Shown: positions 52,816 to 64,000 of the stretch, piece by piece
Layout of the letters: the number at the start of each line of letters is the position of its first letter
Position numbering within the stretch: position 1 is the first letter of the stretch
Origin: Callorhinchus milii
Taxonomy: Eukaryota
Assembly (NCBI RefSeq): GCF_018977255.1
Contig: NW_024704742.1
Location: forward strand, 46,130,001 to 46,194,000
Direction: 5' to 3'
Length of the DNA stretch: 64,000 bases
Made by a program: the position numbers and the translations under genes
Notes under the pieces: generated by a model
What the model was told of the DNA's origin: nothing
The model's database searches: none
Seen by the model: the letters and a program-made list of their open reading frames with translations, nothing else

Positions 52816-53689
52816 TCTTGAGCCATTATTTTAGAAATAAATGTATTCCAATTATTGCTCAATGCTAAAATAGTTACATTTGAGTTATGAAGGAAAATAT
52901 GTACGTTTTGGCAATATTTTAGTGGTAATTGGAATGACACCAATTATGCACACTTCTTCAATTTATGGCATTTTTACTTGTTTAAATATTAATACGGCAC
53001 AAGCATGCATCAGTTTCCGACTCAGTGTAACGGTGCTGAAAATAATAATTTTGAATGCCATATTTTTTTGAAATTTGGGCCTTGAGGCATTAAGGTAATG
53101 TGGCATTCTAGCTGTAACAGCAAGCCTAATTTGAATTGGACAGCAGATTTGTTCCACTCATACTGTCTGGGTTTCTATTTCTATTTGTGAATATTAATAT
53201 CAGTTTAAAATATTCTCCCCCCATCTTAAGCTACATTGAAGTTTCAGTCTGTCTATATATAATTGGAGACTTCAGCAGAATAATAGGAAGTTTACAGTAG
53301 AGGAAAACATTTGGTCCATTGCAGCTGTGCTAGTGCTAGTCCACTCACTGGAGTTATTTACCTTAATCCTATTCCCCTGTTCCTTCCCTAGACCCTAAAC
53401 ACTTTAATATTATTTTTTCTCACACGTATCCAATTCCCTTTTAAATGTTGTCATGCAGCAGGCTTAAAAAAATTCGAAAAGCATTTGTGTTAAGGCATTT
53501 CACAGTCTTACAAACCTTCTTCTGGCAATAATCCAAAATGTGTGCCCAAAACATATATTGTTTGGGGAATGTGAACTGCAGTTTGATCTAATGAGTCTCC
53601 TTACTGATACCTGAAAGTGTGACAGTTATTGATCTGGGCTGATCAATGACAAATAAAATTCAATACAAATAAATACATAAAAGGGTTTA

Positions 53690-53990
53690 TAGGAAAAACA
53701 GTTGGAGAAATCTGTACTCTATGGATGAACAATTGCCAAAGTAAGTTGAAAGAGATCTAGGGGTGTTATTTTACTCATCTATCACCATGTTCAAACAACA
53801 TGAGGCAACAACAAACAAAGCAAACATATATTGTACTCTACTGCCAAGTCATTTGATTTCACATCACTAAAAGTCATACTCAAGTTCCAGAGTGCCCTAG
53901 TCAGCCTGCACCAGGAGTATATTAAAACAATATGGAGCAGCAATAAACAAGGCAAACAGGAGTCTAGTCTACATCATTTGAGAGTGTACC
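53690..53990 (+). mobile_element. Old CR1 RT C-terminal fragment
   Basis: ERDLGVLF...NKAN remnants resemble CR1 EKDLGV...KKAN. Confidence 0.55.
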
Positions 53991-55041
53991 GTCAGAAGTC
54001 ATATTCAATTGTTCCACTGCTCTGATGAGGCTGTACACAGAGTATAGTTCTAGTTGTTGTGATATTAAAGGGCTGCCCTGCCCAATCCTAAAGGAGTGGG
54101 AGCAAGAATGATCTTATGTTATCAAGATATGAAGTTTTGCAATGGCTCCTTATTGCCAATACTCGAACGAAAGCTCTCTTGATATCAAGGGCAGTGAATC
54201 ACTCTCGCTTGCTCACTTCCCTTTTGGTATTCAGCTGCTGAGTACATATTTGCATCAAGGCAGGAATGAGGTCTGGCACCTTATTGTTAGACAGGAATTG
54301 CAAGAGGTCACATCCCAATGTTTCAATGCTGAGAAGAGCTACTAGGGAAATCTGAAGCAAATTTCACAATGTGCAAAGGACTGCCAAGGTAGGCAGCATT
54401 GAAAATGCAGTACATCTTACTAATAACCTGTGTCTGTTAGTCTGTGAGGATGCAAATCTTACCTAACAGCATGTCCATGGATATTAAAAGGCTAAAATTA
54501 TTATGATTACCTTCTTAGGCAAAGAATTTTTCTCTGCATAAGTAATTTAAACCTCATGATTTGTGCAGATTATTCTTTTTGGAATTGAATAATGTTCTGT
54601 TCGTGAATTAATTACTCATTTTGTAAATCGTGCTTTACAGAGGAAGCGCAACTTCAGTTTAGGAACTGCAAGATAAACAGGTGGTGAGCACCACTAAGAG
54701 AAGACTTAACCCCACAGAGGACATGATTTTTGAATAGTTAGGCAGATGGTACATTGATGGACTGAGGAATGGTGAACATGCTGCTGTTGTCAGCTCAGGA
54801 TGTATGGATGAAGGCATTACTGCGGGAAACAATACTAAGTAATAAATAGGAGGAATACATGGCTGTATACATTTCTCTATGGTGGCCTTTTTCCTTAAAT
54901 GTTAGATATTGTGGATACACTTTCCCAAGCACTGAAATATAATTGATTTTTCATAGATCTTTCATTATTTTTTCATTATCTTTCATAGATAATGTTGCTT
55001 TGAAGAAATGAGATTAACTTGTTGTGAAGTAATAACTTGTT

Positions 55042-55357
55042 GTGGAGTCCTGTAGCTCAGTGGTTAGAGCACTCGCCTCACAAGCGAGAGACCTGGGTTC
55101 GATTCTGGCAGGGCGAAACCTTGGACAAGTTTCCTTGATCCACATGCCTGATAATAATCCTTAAAGAAAGTAAATTTAAAAATAAAATAATAATTTGGTC
55201 ACTCAATTTCCGACTGTTTGTGGGACACTGCAGTGCGCAATTGGCTGACGCGTTTCACCCACTAATATGCAGTCAGTTCACTTTAGTGTATATTCTGTGA
55301 AGCGCTTTGAGACCTCAAGAAGACTTGAAAAGTGCTGTATCAAATTGAAGGATCATT
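55042..55357 (+). mobile_element. SINE family A, full length
   Basis: gtcctgtagctcagtggttagagcactcgcctcacaagcgag...ggttcgattct head, core and tail. Confidence 0.92.
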
Positions 55358-55378
55358 ATCTATGGAGAAAGGAAAGTG

Positions 55379-55415
55379 AGTCAACGTTTCGGGTCCATGA
55401 CCCTTCATCAAAACT
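55379..55415 (-). ncRNA. Minimal type I hammerhead ribozyme motif (C3 to U mutant)
   Basis: rc: agtt TTGATGA a gggtc atg gaccc GAAAC gtt gact. Stem II is perfect and stem I is agtt/gact. Confidence 0.65.
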
Positions 55416-55560
55416 GCAGCATGTTGCTAGGGTGAGGTTTTTAAGGACAAGTTGAGAGGGGGAGACAGGACAAGCATGACAAAGATGGTGATAATTGTAA
55501 TGATAATAGAAGATAACTCTTCTGGTAACAGAAAGAGGGGGTGGGGGGAATGTGAGCTGT

Positions 55561-55739
55561 TATGGTCTGAAGTGCCTGAAATCGATATTGAGGCTAGAGG
55601 ATTGTAGGGTCCCTAGCAGGTAGATAAGATGCTGTTCCTCACACTTTCTCTGCGGAACAGCGTAAGGGACCATGGATGGAGAGGTCAGATTGTGAATGGG
55701 AGCGTGAGTTAAAATGACAGGAGACCAGAAGATCAGGGT
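55561..55739 (-). pseudogene. Penelope GIY-YIG endonuclease C-terminal remnant (frameshifted)
   Basis: rc translates as PDLLVSCHFNSRSHSQSDLSIHG / RKCEEQHLIYLLGTLQSSSLNIDF, fitting the Penelope pattern PVxxHFN...H...E..I..LxTxxPxGLN. Confidence 0.8.
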
Positions 55740-55867
55740 TCACCACTATCACCTCTTTAACCCATCAACACATTCACTTCTTTGGCTTCTTTTTTGTCTT
55801 TGTCTTGCTTGTCCTGCCTCCCTCTCCCAACTTGTCCTTAAAAACCTCTCCCTCCCAAACACGCCTC

Positions 55868-55904
55868 AGTTCTGATGAAGGATCATGGACCCAAAACGTT
55901 GACT
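55868..55904 (+). ncRNA. Minimal type I hammerhead ribozyme motif (GAAA to AAAA mutant)
   Basis: agtt CTGATGA a ggatc atg gaccc AAAAC gtt gact. Confidence 0.65.
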
Positions 55905-56224
55905 TACTTTCCTTTCTCCATAGATGTTGCCTGTGGAGAAAGGAAACCTGCTGAGTTTTCCCAGCTCTCTCTGTTTTTGTTTCAGATTTCCAGCATCTGC
56001 AGTATTTTGTGTTTTGTGCAAGGATTATTATTATTATGCCAAATAGCCCCCCCCAAAATAGCCCATGGAGTTTCTATAACAATAATCCTGAAACAAAGCA
56101 TTTTGCAAACGGTTTTAATAAATACCAGATGCTTTGTATTTTATTTCATGAAATTGTATTTTTATTCAAAAATGTCTTCTTTTTGTCCGAGATGCAACAA
56201 ATCAATACATAGCTGTTAATGTTG

Positions 56225-56540
56225 TGGAGTCCTGTAGCTCAGTGGTTAGAGCATTCGCTTTGCAAGCGAGAGACCTGAGTTCAATTCCAGGCAGGGCGAA
56301 ACATTGGGCAAGTTTCCTTACTCCACACACCTAATAATAATCCCTCCAAAACCAAAAACAATAATAAAAATTGGTCATTTTTAATCTATGACTGTTGTGG
56401 GACATTGCTGTGCGCAATTGGCTCGCTCACAAATATACAGTCAATTTACTTTACAGTGTGTTCTGTGAAGCACTTTGGAACATCCTCCCGACGTGAAAAG
56501 CTCTATATCAAATGCAAGGATTATTATTATTATTATAATG
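56225..56540 (+). mobile_element. Young SINE family A, full length
   Basis: Very similar to the reverse complement of 48692-49010. Confidence 0.92.
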
Positions 56541-57289
56541 TTATAATACATTTTCATCTTTTAATTTTTCATCTCTTTATCGGTTCTTTCTGATGACTGT
56601 GCTCAACAGGCATATGTTCCACCTCCCCTTGCTCTTCAAGGATGTGTCGGTGACACTCTCAGAATGGAACATGTAATCCACAGTTCAAAGCTAGATTGTG
56701 AAGTTTGTATCAGACCAGTTGTTTGGCTGTCTTTTCTTGTTGAGTACTGTAGTGTTCTGACTGATCACTCCAGCACTAGAATTACCGCTTCAACATTATG
56801 AATGTGTAATTTATAAGAATTCGCATTCGATGGATGGTTTAATTGAACGAAAAGCTTTGGTTCTGTATTTGCATTCCATAACAGTGTGAGAAGCCATGGA
56901 GCAATCGTATACTCCTGATCCCCTAATAGCCAGCTGTCAGGATATACAAGATGTTCAAAGAAATAAGGGATAAATGAGGGTCTCAGAATAAAAGAATAAT
57001 GCATGGATCCAGGGTCGTTCACGTTAACAAGCAGAATTCTGTGATGATCATACAGTATCTGCTCATTAAGTGATGAGACAGCTCTTTGATTTTTATATGT
57101 CTGAGTGCTGATGTACAGATATTCAGATCCCAGCTTGGCTCAGTTGGGAGTACTTGCTCCTTTTGATAGTTAGATAGTTGTGACTGTTTAGTTTGTCTGA
57201 AAAATCATCACTGCACTTGGCTATTTGACATGTGCGAACTGAACACTCTTTGTAAATTTTTGGTCTCTATTTAAATTGCCAGTTCTGCT

Positions 57290-57575
57290 AAACATGTGTA
57301 CCCAATCCACTGCTTGCCCACTTTACTCAGCAGATACAGACCTACTGCATGTCTCCTTACCCATTTGTACCATCATTGGTGGGCATGCCTTCAGTCACAA
57401 CACCTCTAATCTCTGGAACTCCCTGCCTCAATCTTTCTGCCTCGCGCCCTCTTTATCAAGCCTGTGGTCAGCTCCCCCTCCCCCCTTTCCCTAGAGCAGT
57501 GTCTAACCTGGTCATTGTGCAACACTCTGAGATGCTAGTTTGCATGAAGGGAGCTAAATGCAAGTTGTTGTTGTT
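57290..57575 (+). mobile_element. Old L2 3' fragment
   Basis: TIIGGHAFS...LWNSLPQS, with tail aaatgcaagttgttgttg. Confidence 0.8.
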
Positions 57576-58919
57576 GAGGAAACACATATGTAAAGAGGAA
57601 ATTACAGGTGCCCTTATTTATGCAATTAACAATGGTTGTTAATTATATAATTAAGGGAATTTATCTTTACACAGACATTTACACATGGTTAGCAAAATTC
57701 TCAACTCCCAGAGAATGCAGACTGGAGGGTGTTATGATGCTCGATGACAATAACATTTGCACAATTGTTTTGAACTTGCTGACAGAACACCGGGGTTCAG
57801 CAGTTGTTTTAAATGGACTGGCTGAGCACAATTGTGCGTAATAGCACTTGCCAAATATTAACCTTCCAACTGCCTTAACTGTGTTAATAACGGGCTTCTC
57901 CAACAATAATACTTAACCACATTTCAGGTAGCGATCTGAGGGTCGGCTCTTTTGGTCATCTTTCCCATCCCTCAGCTCCCACCCTAAGTTTAGATGTCAA
58001 GTCAGGATTGTTAAACGCTTTGCGATGTCCCCGACATGAAAAGTGTATTGTAATGTAAATTTGTATTGTATAAGCATTGTAATCATTTTTAAAAGAAACG
58101 TAGCATATATATGTTTTAAATTGAATAATAGACATATAAAGGGGTATGGGGACAGGGTGGGACATTGGGATTAAATGATCTGACAAAATGCAATAAACTG
58201 CCAGAACAGGCTCGATGGGCTGAACGATCGCCTCCTGTTCCTGTTTTCCTACATTCTTATCAGCACATGCAAATTGAATTGCAAATTAGTTATAATCAAT
58301 TTGCTTCTTCAAATATGTTTCATACAAAAAATGTCTTATGCTTTCTGAGGTGGAAGAAACGAGTAACTAATATATAACACAAGCAAATCTAAATTGGCAT
58401 TGATTCCCTTTAATGTAAATTTGCATTGAATTGTAAGTCTGATGGTACATTGGAAAATCCCAAATGCAAATCTCTCACTACCAGTCATGAGATTTGATAG
58501 CCATTTCTTTGGTAATTTAAATTACTGGCCGCTGGAGATTACGTAAATTGTCACACATTTTATATTAATCGTAAAAACGTCAACAGCTTTTGTGTTTTGT
58601 TTCTCAGCTTCTAATGAAATTCTTACTGTACAAAGCACAAATGGGCATTAGTACATGTAAAGATATAGCACAGATAGAAGCACAATTTTTCTAGTAGAGA
58701 TTAGGATCACTTTTGATGTTTAATTTGTTCAAGATTGTTAGAAACAACTTGGCTCAAAATAAGAAAACAATGTACATTTTCAAAAGAAACATTCTCAGTA
58801 TAGAACATAGTGTTTTGCTCAAAGTTTGTTCTGAATTATGTATGTTTACTGGCAATTATAAAGAGCCTGATAGTAAACTTGATCATAGTAGTCAGATTGA
58901 TTTCTAGGTTGTTACCTTC

Positions 58920-59130
58920 ACATATGGCCTTCATGCCCTTACTACTGCCTGATCTGCTCAAACTCTATTCCTCTGCTCTACCCTTCATTTGGGTACCACA
59001 GTCCTACTACATGCCCCTGTCCCCACTGCACCACCATCAGTGGCTGCGCCTTCACACACTGTACCCCTTAACCTCTGGAATTGCTTGCCTCTACCCCTCT
59101 GCCTCTTCCCCTTTCTACTTATCTAAAAAT
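58920..59130 (+). mobile_element. Degenerate L2 3' fragment
   Basis: caccaccatcagtggctgcgccttca...cctctggaatt remnants. Confidence 0.6.
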
Positions 59131-59283
59131 TTCACTTTTTAAACGAGGAGATAGATCGACCAAAGGGATAACATTACATGGCCAGAGAGAAAAACTTTTC
59201 TGTTTTGGCATTTCTCTTACTCTCACTATCCATAAACAGGTAACATGAGTGTTGTTCATAGCCTTCATTGAGATGATCACACA

Positions 59284-59640
59284 GTGGAGTTCTGTAGCTA
59301 AATGGTTAAAGCATTCGCCTCGCAAGCGAGAGGACCTGGATTTGATTCCCAGGCAGTGCGAAACATTGCGCAAGTTTCCTTACTCCATTCTCCTCTGTTT
59401 ACAATTGCTAGTCGATGGGCGGATAGTTTTCAGGGGGTAATAATCCCTCAAAAAAAATAATAATTTGGTTACCCAATCCACCACTGTTTTGTGGGACACT
59501 GTTGTGCGCAATTGACAGCCGTGTTTCGTCCACAAGATGTATTCAATTCGCTTTACAGTATATTTCTGTGAAGTGCTTTGAAATGCCTTGAAGACGCAAT
59601 AAGGCACTATATTGAATATCAAATGCAAGGATTATTATAT
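59284..59640 (+). mobile_element. SINE family A, full length
   Basis: tRNA-like head with tcgcctcgcaagcga, core and tail. Confidence 0.88.
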
Positions 59641-60199
59641 GGTTATCCAATGGTGATGGCTTTGTATAAAGGCACTTAAAAGTGAAATTTGTTGAGGGAG
59701 GTATAATATTGGAACCTGATTGAAAATTTAAAACACCCCTACAGCCTCAAACCCCAGTGCTTTGAAACATTCTCATGGTGTCGCCCTTATTTGTGATATC
59801 TGTAGTTAAAGAGAGCCTCAGGAAAATAGTTTTTGGTTCTGAAACCCCCTCCTAATTGTTTTACTAGTTAACATTAATATTTGTGGACAGTGAGCTTGAG
59901 AATAGTACATTTCTTTATTGAGATACAAAAATAGTCTGTTGGAACCCTTGGGAAAAGGGTATTTTCATGAAACACAACCTATGATGAATTATTACATTTT
60001 TAAATTTTCACTTAACTAATTCTATATCTTAAATACGTAATTTGCGATTAAAACAAATATAAGCAATTTGTTGCAAATAAAACAAAAAAGTTGCATTCCT
60101 ACAAAAGAAAGGACATAAATTCATAGTTTATTACTTTGAAATGTTGCAAACTATTGCACAGATAATTGTAGAAGAATTTAAAATAATGAAAGCAATTGG

Positions 60200-60510
60200 C
60201 AGATTTGATAATAGACGACTCTCCCCTCTGGTAGATGGAGCCATTACAAGGCATGTCACAGTTAAAAGACACTTAGAATTGAGATCAGGAAATTAGATCA
60301 TTGCTTCATTAAGAGGGTTGTGAATTGGTGGAATGCTCTGCCCTAGAAAATTGTAGACACGGAATAAATATGTATGTTTAAAAGAGAGATAGACAGATAC
60401 TTGGGCAGTACAGGATGGACCATTGGAATCAAACATCTTAAAAGATCTGATAAAGTGGTGCAACAGACTCTGTAGGCTGAATGACTTCCTGTTCCTGTGT
60501 TCCAATATCC
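60200..60510 (+). mobile_element. CR1 3' fragment
   Basis: gagggttgtgaattggtggaatgctctgcc (RVVNWWNALP) and 3' UTR. Confidence 0.7.
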
Positions 60511-60849
60511 AACCATGCAAATTAAATTGCAAAATTAATAAATTTACTCCTTCAAATATATTTCACAAACAAATTATGCTTTCTGAGCTGTAAGGAACAA
60601 GTAAATGATATATTTCCTATTGTATTGTGTCTGTATTTGTAGGTTAACATGGCAGCCATATTTGTGCAGCAAAGTCCCACAAACAAACAGCCTGGAGGTG
60701 TTAACATTCTTCTTTTTAAAGAGAGATCCTAGGGGTGACAACTAACTATATAACATTAAATGTAAGCATACTAGGTTTGATGTAAGCATAAATCCTAGTA
60801 GATGATAACCGTTATCTCCCCCACCCACACCACCACCCCAGCATTTACT

Positions 60850-61372
60850 CAACAACAACAACATTACATTTATAGAGTGCCTTTCACATTGGGAGGACGT
60901 CCCGAAGTGCTGAACAGTAGGTCTCGAGGCCCGAGCATGGGGAAGGGTGATGTAGGGGTGAGGGAAGGCAGAGAGGTGGGAGGGAGACCAAAGGCATGGT
61001 CGAAGAGAAGGGTCTTGAGACCGACCTTGAAGGAGGCAAGGGAGGAAGCGAGGCGAAGGGACAGTAGGATGGAATTCCTGAGAGTGGGGGCAGAGAGGCT
61101 GAAAGCCCGGCCACCGATGGTAGGGCGGGTCAGGCGGGAGACAAGAGCAGGCTGGAGCCCGATGAAAGGAGGGAGCGGGCAGGTTGGTGGGGAGTCAGCA
61201 GGTCAGAGAGGTAGGAGGAGGCAAGGCCATGGATAACCTTAAAGGTGAGTACTAGGATCTTGAACTCGATCCTCTGGGGCTGGGGTGCCAGTGGAGTTGG
61301 GCGAGAATGGGATTGATGGGGTCATGGAGCCTGGTGCGTGAGAGTACACCAGCTGCAGAGTTTTGGATGATC
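60850..61372 (-). mobile_element. L2 3' fragment (same subfamily as 2078-3022)
   Basis: Shares long blocks with 2078-2680, for example gaaggaggcaagggaggaagcgaggcgaaggg. Tail present. Confidence 0.92.
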
Positions 61373-62189
61373 AATAAAAACAAGCAGAAATTCCAAGATA
61401 CCCGGAAAAAAAGTATTCAATTTTCAAGATCTGTTCCTTGGCTGTAATATATTTTTAAAAATTACAGTGACAGTTGTTGCTTATTAAATTAATGAAATAC
61501 AAAGTACGAATTGAAAATTCACCAGCAGGAAGTCATAGGATGAATGAGCCAATGTTACTTGTTGTGTGGCGACACATGTAAATGATCGAAGCTCGGCTCA
61601 GGTTCTGAATAATCATAGAAAATATGGTGCAGCCTTGGTGATAAATGCAGTGAAAAACAAAGCAAAGAATCTAGCCAATTCACATCATAGAGCCTAGGCT
61701 GCTCTCACAAAAACAACAATGTACATTTATAAAATGCCTTTCACGTTGGAAGACCATCTATAGTCACTTTACAAAGATTGAGTCAGCCCGGGGTGGGGAC
61801 GAGATGGCTGGAAGCACAGTAAAATGCTTATGTTTCTAGGTGAGATGTGAAAGTGGAGAGGGATGGGGAAAGGTAGAGGGAACTTGGAAGTGTTCCAGGC
61901 TGACACAATTCAAACATTCGAGTGCATAACATAACGGATATTAACCATAGTTCTGAATCAATTGTAACTTACATCCTGGGGCATCCTCCAGTCGTGAATG
62001 GTACTATATAATTGCAAATTGTTTGTGTGGTTGTCGTAATTTATGAAATACAGCCTTCAGGTTAAGGATATTTCGTTGAGTGCAGAATAATACACAAAGC
62101 TTTTTCTTTCATAAACATACAAGCAAATTGCATTTAAATAGCACCTTTCATGACGGAAGACATCCCAAGGCGCTGGATAGCCAATGGTA

Positions 62190-62310
62190 TGTCTGTGGGA
62201 CACTGCTGTGCGCAATTGACTGCCACGTTTCACCCACAAATATACAGTCAATTCACTTTACAGTACATTCTGTGAGGCATTTTGAGACGTATAGAAGACG
62301 TGATAAACTT
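62190..62310 (+). mobile_element. SINE A 3' half, back-to-back with a minus-strand L2 tail (about 62120-62180)
   Basis: tgtgggacactgctgtgcgcaattgactgcc...gagacg. Confidence 0.8.
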
Positions 62311-62641
62311 CAAAAAGGATCTCAATAACCGATTGATGAAGAGACATGATATATACCACATCATAAAGGTCTTGCATCAGGGAGTGACATGGGCATATTT
62401 GTTTTTGTGAATCTCTTATCGTTCATGAGTTATTTTCAGTTTAGCGTTTTTTGCTGCAGTTATACCTGATGGTCGCTGAGTCAAAATGGGGCTGTGGTAT
62501 CATGTGTCTCACATGCACTGCAGTTATACATGTTGGCTGTACCAGCTGACTATGTTACAGAGCACGCATATCGCCAAGCAGCGGGAAAAAAATAAAGAAC
62601 ATAAAATCATGGTAACAACAATAAAATTACATTTTAAAGCT

Positions 62642-62710
62642 GAATTCTCCCACTGAGTCCTCCCAAAAGGAATCCTCCCAGAAGGAGTCCTCCCACAGGG
62701 GTCCTCCTAG
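62642..62710. repeat. Short tandem repeat, about 15 bp unit, 4-5 copies
   Basis: gagtcctcccaaaag / gaatcctcccagaag / gagtcctcccacag / gggtcctcc. Confidence 0.8.
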
Positions 62711-64000
62711 ATGAGTATAGATAAAGATGAAATGTGTCAATCTATATTCCATATTGGATCTTTTTGTTACAGGCATAATTGCAATGGGTACAGCTACTAT
62801 ATAATACATATAACATATAATAAATATAATAATAATATATTTGGTATAGCATCTATCACGCCAGGAGATTGAATACAAATCTTTCTTTACTCAGATTCGT
62901 ATTAATCATAGTGCACTTTTCCTTTGAGGGAGATTTACAATCATTATACTACAACAAAATGAGTGGCAAATGTAGGGTGAAGTTTAGCATGGAAACAGAC
63001 TGTTTGGCCAAACTAGTCCCCGCCGGTTCATAATGTTTGCTGATGTGATAATTATTCTGGGGTGGTGTTCTGGAATTTCTCTTTTGACTATTTTGGAGAG
63101 AATGCCTAAAACAGTTCTTTGCATTGCATTCCATCCAATGGGCTCAATCTGGTGACGATTACTAAAAGGGCAAATCATAATGCTCATTGATGGGAAACTC
63201 ACCGTAAAGGAACCATGATAAGAAATCCACAGGAATCTAAATCTAGATGAATAAGATTTAAGGTTCCATGGTACAAATCAAAATGTGAAAGGAATTTCTC
63301 CCAGTGTCCTGGTCAACAATATCCCAGATAAAATCAATCATTCACTTCATGGATATTTGGCAGTTCCAATGATAATTTAGGATGTAAAATATTACATTGA
63401 AAATAAATGTAATCGTTATACAACCAAAATAGAACCACAACAAATGTAATGCAGTAGACACATGAGCCATAGCTATCATAGGCAGTTGGTCATAGAAATA
63501 TAAAATAATTTTTTTAAATTAAATTTTTTAGTGAATTTCTCAGGAATTGCACAAAGTAAATGTCAATGTCGTAAAACAGAGATTGAGTAACAAAGTAATA
63601 ACTAATCACATTAAAATATAATGAAAGAGGTAAATATAACCCATAGATTATGGTGATTAATCGTCAGTACTGCATTTAACAAACAGTAGTAATGAAAAAC
63701 AGAAAAAATGAAAAAATGAAAAACAGTATTAAATATTTATTTTCCTGAAAGGATCCTATATTTTGCAAAAAAAATGTCAATTGTTACTACAATACTGTTT
63801 TTCTGGTAAATGTTTGCGCTTATCAGAAAAAACAAAGTTTGTGTTGCAGAATGGAATATGTTTCCATCTCAGGCATATTATTATTACTATTATTCTACAT
63901 CAGCAAAGTACATTTCAGTCTATAGCTCTTTAAACTTTACCCCAGTAATGTTCATCAGACTTAACTTTAGAAGAGTACATTCTCGTGCACGAATGTGTCA

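Larger units (their letters stand above)
55358..56016. mobile_element. Penelope-like retroelement fragment with inverted pLTR arms
   Basis: Inverted arms of about 128 bp (55358-55485 and 55797-55925) enclose a minus-strand GIY-YIG-type C-terminus. Each arm has a hammerhead-like motif. Confidence 0.85.

Noticed and set aside
55048..55115. tRNA genes (cloverleaf-like, anticodon CAC; TGC or CGC in copies at about 48940, 56230 and 59290)
   Set aside because: Each continues directly into a SINE body with no oligo-T terminator, and the anticodon varies between copies. They are SINE heads.
57690..57875. Weak palindrome (gcacaattg arms), with similar ones at about 24340-24630, 26585-26660 and 52955-53085
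   Set aside because: They are too degenerate to delimit by eye. They may be older members of the palindromic class.
62642..62710. CRISPR-like array or WEDSF repeat protein
   Set aside because: It is a contiguous tandem repeat without spacers in a eukaryotic context, and the ORF is low-complexity.

Overview
This is vertebrate non-coding DNA, either a large intron or intergenic. The repeat content suggests a cartilaginous fish, possibly a chimaera; this is inference. I recognise no host protein-coding exon with confidence. Nearly all long ORFs in the track are fragments or antisense frames of decayed L2 LINE ORF2 (APE endonuclease + RT). The window contains: (1) three long and many 3'-only L2 copies; (2) CR1 3' fragments; (3) an old RTE-like LINE relic; (4) two tRNA-headed SINE families with a Deu-domain-like core and an L2-type 3' stem-loop, plus a third older SINE; (5) a Tigger/pogo-like MITE; (6) a Penelope-like element at 55358-56016 with a GIY-YIG C-terminus between inverted pLTR arms, each carrying a mutated minimal hammerhead ribozyme motif. 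The most notable observations are that hammerhead pair, repeated insertion of younger elements at one homologous site inside older SINEs, a SINE subfamily whose tail matches the young L2, several imperfect palindromes in otherwise unique DNA, an old local duplication, and a few short candidate exons on the + strand. I found no convincing wholly new system. Boundaries of decayed repeats are approximate and were set by eye.
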